From contig OZ219865.1 in the NCBI GenBank assembly GCA_964291675.2, positions 992,001-1,056,000 of the forward strand: a stretch of DNA of 64,000 nucleotides, given 5' to 3'. The translations under genes were made by a program, and so were the position numbers. The stretch comes from Alphaproteobacteria bacterium (GTDB taxonomy: Bacteria; Pseudomonadota; Alphaproteobacteria; MPNO01). The stretch's first letter is position 1, and the number at the start of each line of letters is the position of its first letter. The notes beneath the pieces were generated by a model that had not been told where the DNA came from, made no database searches, and saw only the letters and a list, made by a program, of their open reading frames with translations. Of this stretch, positions 52,930-61,775 are shown piece by piece.

Positions 52930-54045
52930 ATGAGCGACCAGGGACCGCCCTTCCGCGCCGACCACGTCGGCAGCCTGCTGCGCCCGGCGAGCGTCGCCGA
53001 GGCGCGCCGCAAGTGCCTCGACGAGAAGACCATGCCGGAAGACGAGCTGCGCGCGATCGAGGACGCGGCCATCGCAGACGCCATCCGCATGCAGGAAGAC
53101 GTGGGCCTCAAGGCGGTGACCGACGGCGAGTACCGCCGCCTGTTCTGGCATTACGACTTCATGGGGATGCTGACCGGCTTCGAGTTCGAGCGCCGCGAAC
53201 AGGGGGTGCAGTTCGCCGGCATGCAGATCCCGCCGCTCTACCCGACGATCACCGGAAAGCTCGACTTCCCGGACGACCACCCGATGCTGGACCATTTCCG
53301 CTACGTCGCCGCCAACGCGACGGTCATGCCCAAGATCTCGATCCCGGGTCCGAGCTGCTGCCACTTCCGCACCGCGCCGGAAGACATCCACGTGCCGGAA
53401 TACGCCGACACCGAAATCCTGTTCGCCGACATCGCCGCGACCTACAACAAGGCGGTGCACGCGTTCCATGCCGCCGGCTGCCGCTACATCCAGCTCGACG
53501 ACATCTTCTTCGCCTATCTGTGCGATCCCAGGCACCGCGCGGCGAAACAGGAGGAAGGCCACGATCCGGACCGGCTGATCGACCGCTACGCCTGGATGAT
53601 GCGCGAGGCGATCGAGGACCGCCCCGACGACATGACGGTGGCGATGCATCTCTGCCGCGGCAATTTCCGGTCGACCTACGCGGCCGAGGGCGCCTACGAC
53701 CCGGCGGCGGATGCGGTGTTCAACAAGACCGGGGTCGACATCTTCTTCATGGAGTACGACACCGAGCGCGCCGGCGGGCTGGAGCCGCTGGGACTGCTCG
53801 CCAAGGGGAGCCAGCGGGTGCTGCCGGGCTTCATCACCACCAAGACGCCGGAGCTCGAAAGCATCGACGACCTCAAGCGCAAGTTCGACGAGGCGTCGCA
53901 ATACGCCGATCTCGACCAGCTCGGAATCGCGCCGCAATGCGGCTTCGCCTCGACCGAGCACGGCAACAAGATCGGCCACGACGACCAGCGCCGGAAGCTC
54001 GACCTCGTGGTGACCCTGGCCGAGGAGATCTGGGGCGGGGTGTAG
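52930..54045 (+). CDS. Cobalamin-independent methionine synthase II family protein
   Basis: FRADHVGSLLRP, TDGEYRR, HLCRGN, EYD..RAG, PQCGFAS. Confidence 0.9.
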   Translation: MSDQGPPFRADHVGSLLRPASVAEARRKCLDEKTMPEDELRAIEDAAIADAIRMQEDVGLKAVTDGEYRRLFWHYDFMGMLTGFEFERREQGVQFAGMQIPPLYPTITGKLDFPDDHPMLDHFRYVAANATVMPKISIPGPSCCHFRTAPEDIHVPEYADTEILFADIAATYNKAVHAFHAAGCRYIQLDDIFFAYLCDPRHRAAKQEEGHDPDRLIDRYAWMMREAIEDRPDDMTVAMHLCRGNFRSTYAAEGAYDPAADAVFNKTGVDIFFMEYDTERAGGLEPLGLLAKGSQRVLPGFITTKTPELESIDDLKRKFDEASQYADLDQLGIAPQCGFASTEHGNKIGHDDQRRKLDLVVTLAEEIWGGV

Positions 54046-54077
54046 GGAACGGCCGAAATCTCCGCCGCTCTCCTCTC

Positions 54078-54120
54078 GTCATTTCGGCCGGAGCGCCGAA
54101 GGCGCGAAGCGCAGAAATCT
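54078..54120. repeat. Second palindromic repeat type (GTCATTTCG...GAAATCT)
   Basis: GTCATTTCGGCCGGAGCGCCGAAGGCGCGAAGCGCAGAAATCT hairpin-like sequence; single copy in window. Confidence 0.45.
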
Positions 54121-54355
54121 CCCTGCCCACCGCCTCACCACGTCATGGCCGGCCCCCGGATCAAGTCCACTGCTGTCCGGTTTGCCGTGAAACAGTTTGC
54201 CGTGAAACAGTTTCGGTGGGGGCGCGCGAGGGCCCCATCCAACGCCGGGAGGGAGTTGGCTGAGATCGCCGGAAGGGGGCGGCGAGACGAGCGGTGGACT
54301 TCCCCGATGTGGCCCGAAGCGGTCCCGCGCGGCGGTCCGGCGTTATGCGGGCCGG

Positions 54356-55605
54356 TCAGGTGGCCTTGGGTTCGGCGCGCCGGGGTTGGATGTAGCCGTA
54401 GCGGCGGAGCATTCGGATCCAGCGCGGGGCGTTGCGCTTGACCATCAGCGCGTCGTAGTCGGCGGTGCGGTCGTAGTAGGGCCTGCCGGTCTTGAGCACG
54501 ACATAAACGATGCGCAGCATCTTGTGTGCGCCGGCCACGATGGCGCGCTTGTATCCGCGCCGGGCGGCGAGCGCGCGGTGGTGGGCCTCGAACTGGCACC
54601 CCTTGGTTCGGGCCGCGCCGTGGGCACATTCGACGAGGCTGGCGCGCAGCGTCCTGGAGCCCCTTCGGGTGCGCGCGTTGCGGCGCTTTCCGCCGCTTTC
54701 GTTGTTGCCGGGGCAGAGCCCGGCCCAGGCGGCGAAGTGCTGCTTGGAGGCGAACGCCTCGATATCCGGGCCGATCTCGATCAGGATGGTCGAGGCGGCG
54801 ATGCGGTCGATGCCGGGGATGGTGGTCAGCAGGCGGAGCTGTTCCTGCCACGGCGTCATCTGCCGGTCGATCTTCTCGCCGTAGGACGCGATGCGCGCCT
54901 CGAGCGCGTCATGCTCGTCCAGCAGATCGCCGAGCATGAAGCGGTCGTTGTCGCCCAGGCTCAGGGAGAGCGCCTCGCCGAGCCCCTCCAGCTTGTTGGC
55001 GACGTGGCCGGTGAGCGAGGCGAGGATGACCGCGCGCGGCGTGGCTTGCGCCAGCCCGTCGAGGATCTTGCGGCCGTTGACGCCGAAGACGTCGGAGAGG
55101 ATGCCGCCGATGCGCAGGCCGGCGCGGTCGACGATCTTCTGCACCCGGTTGCGCACGGTCGAGCGCTGCCTGACCAGGGTACGCCGCTGGCGGCTCAGCG
55201 AGCGCAGCTCCCGGAACGGCTCGGGGGGAACATGGGAAGGCGTGCAGAGCCCGAACTGGCACACGCAGGCCAGCCACACGCTGTCGGCGACATCGGTCTT
55301 GCGCCCCTTCAATGCTTGACCTGACGCGCGTGCACCAGGATCGCTTCGATCCCCGCCGCCTCCACCGCCGCGAAGGGCGCCTGCCAGTAGATCCCGGTCC
55401 CTTCCATGACAGCGGCCTCGACGCGGCGACCGGTCAGCCAGGCGACCATCTCCGCCAGACCGCTCGGAAGCGAGCTGAAGCAGCGCGTCTCCACCACCGG
55501 CTCGCCCTCGCCCTCGCACAGGCGAACCGTCGCGGTGATCTCCATCTTGTGCACGTCCAGACCCGCCGCGCGCGGCCGCACGACGTGCAAGCCTTCCGTC
55601 TTCAT
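54356..55605 (-). pseudogene. IS110 transposase, 1-nt frameshift near 55314 (true lesion or assembly error)
   Basis: GLDVHK and MEGTGIYW in one frame; GRKTDVAD, TIPGID and WAGLCPGNNESGGK in another frame. Confidence 0.88.
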
Positions 55606-55679
55606 CGCTGTCCTCCTCGTTGCGCTCTCGCCACGGCGGCGTAGGATCGCGCCGTGGCATCGCCACGGTGGAGGCGGGG

Positions 55680-55950
55680 ACAGCGGTCGGAAGGACACGC
55701 ACCCGTCGAGCGGGTGCGGTTCGATTTGCCGCGCGTCCACGGCCGCGGGCCGGGCACAGTACGGGGTGCGGAGCCGACCGCCGGAAGCAGTTTATATCTC
55801 GGGAACCACATCACCGATAAACGGAACGCTCACGCGTCGCCGCCTCCACCGTTCCCATCCTGCCACGGCAGACCCGCGCGACGATCGGCAAACCCTCAGC
55901 CGAACGCCCCGAGTTTCATGCCACGGGGTGGCTCAGCACCGCCGAGACCA
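55680..55950 (-). ncRNA. Candidate IS110 bridge RNA (boundaries approximate)
   Basis: Stem-loop 55786-55830 with internal-loop segments matching both flanks of the insertion site; TTTGCCG (55725-55731) matches the element end. Confidence 0.6.
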
Positions 55951-56152
55951 TGACGGTTTATATGAGCTGGACCGGGCGCAAAGCCTTGTTCCGGGCGGGA
56001 TATCGGCGCATCCGCCGGATCGGGACACGGATCGCCGCACGCCCGCACTTGCCGTCCCTGCCCCTGTGTTGTCACCCCGGCCGCGTTCCGGGCACCCACG
56101 GGCGGGGCGGGCCGCCCCCGGCTCCCGTACTCCTCCACCGCCACCCCCACCC

Positions 56153-56283
56153 CGTCATGGCCGGACTTGATCCGGCCATCCATGCGCAGACTTGATCCGC
56201 GCAACCACTGGCGCCACCGGTACAACGCCCGTCGGGAGGGGCGGCGGCGCCAGTGGATGCCCGGATCAAGTCCGGGCATGACG
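56153..56283. repeat. Inverted REP doublet inside the TIR element
   Basis: CGTCATGGCCGGACTTGATCCGGCCATCCA ... TGGATGCCCGGATCAAGTCCGGGCATGACG with internal CCACTGGCGCC/GGCGCCAGTGG stem. Confidence 0.85.
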
Positions 56284-56442
56284 ATGGGGGGGGCATGGCG
56301 CTGGGCGGGAAACGCCGGGAGCGACGCGCGTCGAAGGCTAAACCGGACAGCAGTGGATCAAGTCCGGGGGTGACGCGTGGGAGGAGGCAGGGCGACGGGG
56401 CGGGCCGGCGGAGCGTTGTGCTCGCCGGGCGCGGGCCCGCGG

Positions 56443-56997
56443 TCACGTCTCCCCGGCGCCCCGGCCGGGCCAGGGCGCGTGGTAGCTCCGCTCGTCGTGC
56501 TCGATGGTGTTGATGAAGCCGAGCGCCAGCGGAAGCGCCGCTTCCCCGGCGAGGCGGGCCGCCAGCTCGCCGCGCGGACAGAAATGGCGGTAGCCCAGGC
56601 GCTCGTAGGACGCGCGCTCGGGCAGCGAGACGCCATAGACCACGATGCCGCGCTCCGCCCGCAGCGGCGCCGGCAGGGCTTCGGCGAAGGGCAGCCCCTG
56701 CCCCGCATTGTTGCCGATCGCGACGCGGTCGACCGTCGCATCCAGCCCGGCCAGCGCCTCGCGGATCGCCGCTTCCGAGACCCGGTCCCAGTTCAGCCTC
56801 TCGTGCGCGGCCTCGGCGGCGCTGAGCGCGCCCGGATAGCCGGCGCCGACCCGGTAGCCGCCATCGCCCAGGGTCAGCCGCGCCCAGGGAAGCGGCGGCT
56901 CGGCGACGAAGGCATCGACCGTGACCTCGTTGTCGAGGATCAGCACCCGGAAATGGCCGGCGAAGCGGCGCTCGAGCTCGGCGGCGAGACCGGTCAC
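56443..56997 (-). CDS. Hypothetical protein (~184 aa)
   Basis: GTG 7 bp after the VOC gene stop; protein-like sequence 'RVAIGNNAGQG', 'GFINTIEHDERSYHAPW'. Confidence 0.7.
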   Translation of the reverse strand: MTGLAAELERRFAGHFRVLILDNEVTVDAFVAEPPLPWARLTLGDGGYRVGAGYPGALSAAEAAHERLNWDRVSEAAIREALAGLDATVDRVAIGNNAGQGLPFAEALPAPLRAERGIVVYGVSLPERASYERLGYRHFCPRGELAARLAGEAALPLALGFINTIEHDERSYHAPWPGRGAGET

Positions 56998-57004
56998 CGC
57001 GGCG

Positions 57005-57568
57005 CTATTCGGCCGCCGCCCGGCGGCGCGATGCCTTCCACGCCGTCCAGCCGCGCATCGACTCCCGCGCGGCGGCGCGGTGCTCGTCGAACACCGCCTC
57101 TTCCCGCGCCTCCTGCGAGGCGAACTCCAGGCGGTAGCCGTTCGGATCGTGGAAGTAGATCGAGCGGCACATGCCGTGGTCGACGGGCCCCTCGACCGCG
57201 ACGCCCCGGTCCACCAGCCGCGTCTTCCACGCCTCCAGCGCTTCATGGTCGGCGACCCGCATGGCGAAGTGGAGGTCCATGCCCCAGCGCCGCCTGAACA
57301 GCTCGTCCGGGTCGTCGCCCGGATTGTCGACCACCTCGAAGAAGGCGATGTAGGACGGGTTGTCGGGATCGCCGCCGCCGATGTCGAAGAAGACATGCAG
57401 GTAGTCGACCGGCTCTCCCGTGGTCGGGTGGCGGTCGATGCGCAGCGCGAGCGACAGCGGAAAGCCCACGACGTCCTCGTAGAACGCCCGCGTCTCCTCC
57501 GCGTCGCGGCAGCGATAGGCGGAGTGGTCGAGACCGAAGACGTCCGGTCGGCCGGGGATCGAGACCAT
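57005..57568 (-). CDS. VOC/glyoxalase family protein
   Basis: LDHSAYRCRDAEETRAFYED, LHFAMRV, SIYFHDPNGYRLEF; AGGAG RBS. Confidence 0.9.
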   Translation of the reverse strand: MVSIPGRPDVFGLDHSAYRCRDAEETRAFYEDVVGFPLSLALRIDRHPTTGEPVDYLHVFFDIGGGDPDNPSYIAFFEVVDNPGDDPDELFRRRWGMDLHFAMRVADHEALEAWKTRLVDRGVAVEGPVDHGMCRSIYFHDPNGYRLEFASQEAREEAVFDEHRAAARESMRGWTAWKASRRRAAAE

Positions 57569-57796
57569 GATCGGGCTCCTGCTGGGCGAAGCGGTCGGTC
57601 GGGACCGGATGTTAGCCGGTATTTCGCGCAAGCGGCAGGGGCCTTCCGGCATGCATCGCCGCGAGATCCGCGTTACCATGCGCCGAGTTGGAGAATGTTT
57701 TCCCAGACAGCCTCGCGGGCGCGGCGGCGGGAGCGACGTCCCGGCGGCGTCTTGCGGAACCGATCGACAACCCAGCGGACGGAGGAGACCGGCATC

Positions 57797-58783
57797 ATGA
57801 AGCGCATCACCCGACTGACACTGCGTTCGGCGTTGGCATCCGCGGCAGCCGCCGCCCTCTCTTTCGCGGCGCTCGCCGGCGCCCAGGCGGCGGACAAGGT
57901 CAGGGTGGGGGTGTTCCCGGTCACCTCGGGCCTGCCCTATTTCGTCGCGCTGGAGCGCGGCTACTTCAAGGACGCCGGCATCGACGCCGAGATGGTGCGC
58001 CTCATCGGCGGGCCGGCGCTGGTCTCGGCGATGATCACCAACTCGATCGACGTCGCCGCCAATTTGGTGACCATCGAGGGCATGAACGCGAATCTGAAGA
58101 AGCCGGGGCTGGTCAACTACGTCTCCATCAACAGCCAGAACAAGAAGTACAAGATGGAGACCATCGTCGTCCGCAAGGGCTTTGACGCCAGCAAGATCGG
58201 CGACCTCAAGGGAGCCAAGATCATGTCCGCGCCGGGTCCGGCGAACATGGTGATGGCGCGGGCCGTGCTCGCGGCCAACGGCCTCAAGAAGGGCGACTAC
58301 CAGCTCGACCAGCTGGCGATGCCGCAGCACGTCACGGCGATGAAGGCGGGCACCTACGACGCGGGCTACACGCTGGAGCCCGCGGTCACGATCATGGAGA
58401 ACCAGGGCTCCGCCAGGGCGATCGAGGCGGGCGTGATCGCGACCTACATCCTCGGCAGCGACGACGCGGAGGCCTGGGTGGCGGGCACCGCGCTCACCGG
58501 TGAGTTCCTCGAGAAGCGCCCCGACGTGGCGAAGCGGTTCACCGCGGCCTGGGCGCGCGCCCTGGCCGACATCGGAAAGGACCCCACGGTCCGCAAGCAT
58601 CTGGTCAAGAACACCTTTACGCCCGAGGCGATCGCGCCGACGGTGCCGCTGGTGAACTTCACCATGGTCAAGGACCTGTCGGCCCAGGACAAGGCGGAGT
58701 TCCAGCAGTTCATCGACTTCGTCGTCGACAACAAGGTGATCTCCGGCAAGATCGACGTGACCGAGTACCTGAAGACCTTCTAG
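57797..58783 (+). CDS. ABC substrate-binding protein (SsuA/NMT1-like)
   Basis: Signal peptide, 'LPYFVALERGYFKDAGID', 'DLKG.KI'; GGAGGAG RBS. Confidence 0.88.
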   Translation: MKRITRLTLRSALASAAAAALSFAALAGAQAADKVRVGVFPVTSGLPYFVALERGYFKDAGIDAEMVRLIGGPALVSAMITNSIDVAANLVTIEGMNANLKKPGLVNYVSINSQNKKYKMETIVVRKGFDASKIGDLKGAKIMSAPGPANMVMARAVLAANGLKKGDYQLDQLAMPQHVTAMKAGTYDAGYTLEPAVTIMENQGSARAIEAGVIATYILGSDDAEAWVAGTALTGEFLEKRPDVAKRFTAAWARALADIGKDPTVRKHLVKNTFTPEAIAPTVPLVNFTMVKDLSAQDKAEFQQFIDFVVDNKVISGKIDVTEYLKTF

Positions 58784-58820
58784 CCGTTCCGCGCCGGGCG
58801 GGCGCAGCCGACAGAACGTT

Positions 58821-59654
58821 GTGGCGGAACGCATGGCCGAAGACGCGCCCGCGACACCGGTGGAGGCGGGCGCGCCTTCGCCGGCGGCCGCTTCCGGCGA
58901 GGCGCATATCACCATCCGGGGCCTGTCCAAGGCGTTCGGCGAAGCGGTCATATACGACGGCTTCGACCTCGACATCCCGCGCGGCCGCTTCGTGTCCGTG
59001 TTCGGTCCGAACGGGTGCGGGAAGTCGACCCTCATCAATCTCGTCGCGGGGCTGCTGGAGGCCGATGCGGGCACCATCCGCTTCGCCGGCAAGCGCCTGC
59101 GCGACACCAATTTCGGCTACGTGTTCCAGAACTACCGGGAAGCCCTGTTTCCCTGGATGCGGTCGATCGACAACATCCGCTACCCGCTGAAATTCCGCAA
59201 CATCCCGCGCGCCGAGCGAAGCCGGCGCGTGGAACGGCTGGTCGACCGCCTCGGCGTGACCCTCGACCTCTCCAAGTACCCGTACCAGCTTTCGGGCGGC
59301 CAGCAGCAGCTCGTCTCGATCATGCGCTCGTTGGTGATCGAGCCGGAGGTGCTGTTCCTCGACGAGCCGTTCTCGGCGCTGGATTACGAGATGACGCTGT
59401 TCATGCGCGACCAGCTCCAGGCGCTGTTCATGGACACCAGGACGACGATGGTGTTCGTCTCGCACGACCTGGAGGAGGCGGTCTATCTCGCCGACGACGT
59501 GATGCTGCTGTCGCGCGGACCCGCCGAGGTCGCGGACTATGTGAGCGTCGGCATCGCGCGGCCGCGCACCGCGGCCACCATCTCGCAGGCCGATTTCGTA
59601 CGGGTGAAGGCGCACTGCCTCGACGTCTTCCAGAAGACGGTGCGCGGCTCTTGA
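58821..59654 (+). CDS. ABC ATP-binding protein (TauB/SsuB-like)
   Basis: GPNGCGKST, LSGGQQQ, LDEPFSALD, VSHDLEEA. Confidence 0.92.
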   Translation: MAERMAEDAPATPVEAGAPSPAAASGEAHITIRGLSKAFGEAVIYDGFDLDIPRGRFVSVFGPNGCGKSTLINLVAGLLEADAGTIRFAGKRLRDTNFGYVFQNYREALFPWMRSIDNIRYPLKFRNIPRAERSRRVERLVDRLGVTLDLSKYPYQLSGGQQQLVSIMRSLVIEPEVLFLDEPFSALDYEMTLFMRDQLQALFMDTRTTMVFVSHDLEEAVYLADDVMLLSRGPAEVADYVSVGIARPRTAATISQADFVRVKAHCLDVFQKTVRGS

Positions 59655-59662
59655 GATATCTG

Positions 59663-60418
59663 ATGGACAGGTTCGGGCCGCTCACCCCGCTGATCGGCGT
59701 GGTGGGGCTGCTCGTCATCTGGCAGCTCGCCTTCTGGGTCGAGGTCGTCGACCGCGTGCTCCTGCCCTCGCCGGTCTCCATGTTCGCCGCGGTCTGGCAC
59801 GGCATGACCGGCGGGCAGCTCCTGCTCGACTTCTTCCGCACCATCGAACGCACGTCTCTCTCGATCCTGTATGCCGGGATCATCGGCATCCCGCTCGGCA
59901 TCGCCCTCGGGTCGTCGGTTCCGGTCTACCGGTCGGTCGAGTTCGTGGTGGACTTCTTCCGCTCGACGCCGGCCAGCGCCGTGTTTCCGCTGTTCCTGGC
60001 GATCTCCGGCCCGGGCGACACGACCAAGATCCAGGTCGCGACCTTCGGCGCGTCGCTGGTGATCCTGTTCAACGTCGCCTACGGGGTGATGAACGCGCGC
60101 AAGACCCGCCTCCAGGCCGCCCAGGTGATGGGCGCATCGAGGCTGCGCGTTCTCACCGATGTGATGCTGTTCGAGTCCCTGCCGCAGACCTTCGTGGGCT
60201 TGCGGAACGGCGTCTCGCTGGCGCTCATTATCGTCATCGTCGCCGAGATGTTCATCGGCTCGGTCGACGGCCTCGGCCACAACGTGCTCGACAACCAGAT
60301 GCTGTTCGAGATGCCGCGGATGTATGCCGCGATCTTCGTCGCCGGCGCGCTCGGCTACGGCTTCAACCTCCTGTTCCTGCTGATCGAGCGGCGCTACGTC
60401 CACTGGGCGGGACGCTGA
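59663..60418 (+). CDS. ABC permease (TauC/SsuC-like)
   Basis: LLPSP, AAQVMGAS, IVAEMF...GLG. Confidence 0.9.
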   Translation: MDRFGPLTPLIGVVGLLVIWQLAFWVEVVDRVLLPSPVSMFAAVWHGMTGGQLLLDFFRTIERTSLSILYAGIIGIPLGIALGSSVPVYRSVEFVVDFFRSTPASAVFPLFLAISGPGDTTKIQVATFGASLVILFNVAYGVMNARKTRLQAAQVMGASRLRVLTDVMLFESLPQTFVGLRNGVSLALIIVIVAEMFIGSVDGLGHNVLDNQMLFEMPRMYAAIFVAGALGYGFNLLFLLIERRYVHWAGR

Positions 60419-60437
60419 CCCGCATTTCTCGCTGGGC

Positions 60438-61754
60438 TCAGTGGTAGAACAGCCGCGGCAGGAACAGCGAGACCGACGGGATACCGACCAGCAGGGCGAG
60501 GCGGAGGATGTCGGCGCACCAGAACGGCGTGACGCCTCTGAACACGGTGCTGGTCTTCACGTCCTTGAGCACGCCGGCGAGCACGAAGACGTTGAGCCCG
60601 ACCGGCGGGGTGATCAGGCTGATCTCGGTCACCACCACGGCGATGATGCCGAACCAGACCAGGATCGCCTCCTCGCCGAGCCCGGCATAGCCGAGCCCCT
60701 GCACCACCGGGAAGAAGATCGGGATGGTGAGCAGCAGCATCGACAGGCTCTCGAACACGCAGCCAAGCACCAGGTAGATCGCCAGGATGATGACGATCAC
60801 CATCAGCGGCGACAGCTCGTAGCCGGTGACCAGCGAGAGCAGCCCGGACGGCAGCCCGCCCCGGTTGACGAAGTTGGAGAAGATCAGCGCGCCGATCAGC
60901 ACGATGAACAGCATCGCCGTGGTGCGCGCCGAATCGGTCAGCACCTCCAGCAGCGAGCGCCAGGTGAGCGCGCCGCGGGCGAGCGCGATCAGGAACGCCC
61001 CGCCGGCGCCCACGCCGGCGGCCTCGGTCGGGGTGAACAGCCCGCCATAGATCCCGCCCATCACCAGGACGAACAAGAGCAGCGTGCCCCAGACGCCGCG
61101 GAGCGCGGCGAGGCGTCCCGGCCAGTCGGTGCGCTCCGCCCGCGGCCCGTCCGCCGGGCGCCGCCACACCACCCACTGCACGGCGGCGAGGTAGAGCGCG
61201 ATCCCGAGCAGGCCGGGCAGGAAGCCGGCGGCGAACAGCTCGCGGATGCTGGTCTCGGTCATCAGCCCGTAGATCACCAGGATCACGCTCGGCGGGATCA
61301 GGATGCCGAGCGTGCCGCCGGCGGCGATCGAGGCCGAGGCCAGGCTGTCGGAATAGCCGTAGCGGCGCATCGGCGGCATGGCGACCTTGGACATCGTCGC
61401 CGCGGTGGCGAGCGAGGAGCCGCAGATCGCCGAGAACCCGCCGCAGGCGACGATGGTCGCCATCGAGAGCCCGCCGCGGCGATGCCCGAGAAAGGCGTGG
61501 CTCGCACCGTAGAGCTCGCCCGAGAGCCCGGCGCGCGACACCAGATTGCCCATCAGGATGAACAGCGGCACCACCGAGAGCCCGTAGGAGAGCGCGGTCT
61601 CGGAGACCAGCGTGCCGACCATCGAGAGCGAGGGCTGCCAGCCCGACAGGTAGCCGAAGCCGGTGAACCCCACGATCCCCATGGCAAAGGCGATCGGAAG
61701 CCGCAGGAAGACCAGCGCGAGAAGCACCGCGAAGCCGATGAGGACGATTGCCAT
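60438..61754 (-). CDS. dctM: TRAP transporter large permease (DctM)
   Basis: GSS.ATAA, GTLGILIPPS, FTPTEAA, ITPPVG.N. Confidence 0.93.
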   Translation of the reverse strand: MAIVLIGFAVLLALVFLRLPIAFAMGIVGFTGFGYLSGWQPSLSMVGTLVSETALSYGLSVVPLFILMGNLVSRAGLSGELYGASHAFLGHRRGGLSMATIVACGGFSAICGSSLATAATMSKVAMPPMRRYGYSDSLASASIAAGGTLGILIPPSVILVIYGLMTETSIRELFAAGFLPGLLGIALYLAAVQWVVWRRPADGPRAERTDWPGRLAALRGVWGTLLLFVLVMGGIYGGLFTPTEAAGVGAGGAFLIALARGALTWRSLLEVLTDSARTTAMLFIVLIGALIFSNFVNRGGLPSGLLSLVTGYELSPLMVIVIILAIYLVLGCVFESLSMLLLTIPIFFPVVQGLGYAGLGEEAILVWFGIIAVVVTEISLITPPVGLNVFVLAGVLKDVKTSTVFRGVTPFWCADILRLALLVGIPSVSLFLPRLFYH

Positions 61755-61775
61755 CGAGCCCGGGCCGTCGCGCCG

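Larger units (their letters stand above)
54184..55959 (-). mobile_element. IS110-family element
   Basis: DEDD transposase plus ~350-bp upstream non-coding end; both junctions share CGGTTT; removing 54184-55959 restores ACTGCTGTCCGGTTTA, matching the other TIR over 16 bp. Confidence 0.8.
54169..56354. mobile_element. Non-autonomous TIR element (~410 bp without the IS110) inserted in a REP palindrome with 11-bp target duplication
   Basis: TIRs ACTGCTGTCCGGTTT (54169-54183) and AAACCGGACAGCAGT (56340-56354); direct repeat GGATCAAGTCC at 54158-54168 and 56355-56365. Confidence 0.8.

Noticed and set aside
54241-56321. Direct repeat AACGCCGGGAG at 54241 and 56311 as possible insertion boundaries
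   Set aside because: It conflicts with the better-supported IS110 and TIR boundaries; a GC-rich 11-mer is plausibly chance
54169-56354. Treating the 15-bp TIRs as the ends of the IS110 itself
   Set aside because: IS110 elements do not make 11-bp target duplications, and excising 54184-55959 restores a longer TIR match, so the TIRs belong to an outer element
55896-56513. Short ORFs containing 'GLDP', 'KPDSSGSSPG' and 'LNRTAV'
   Set aside because: They are translations of REP and TIR sequence, not genes
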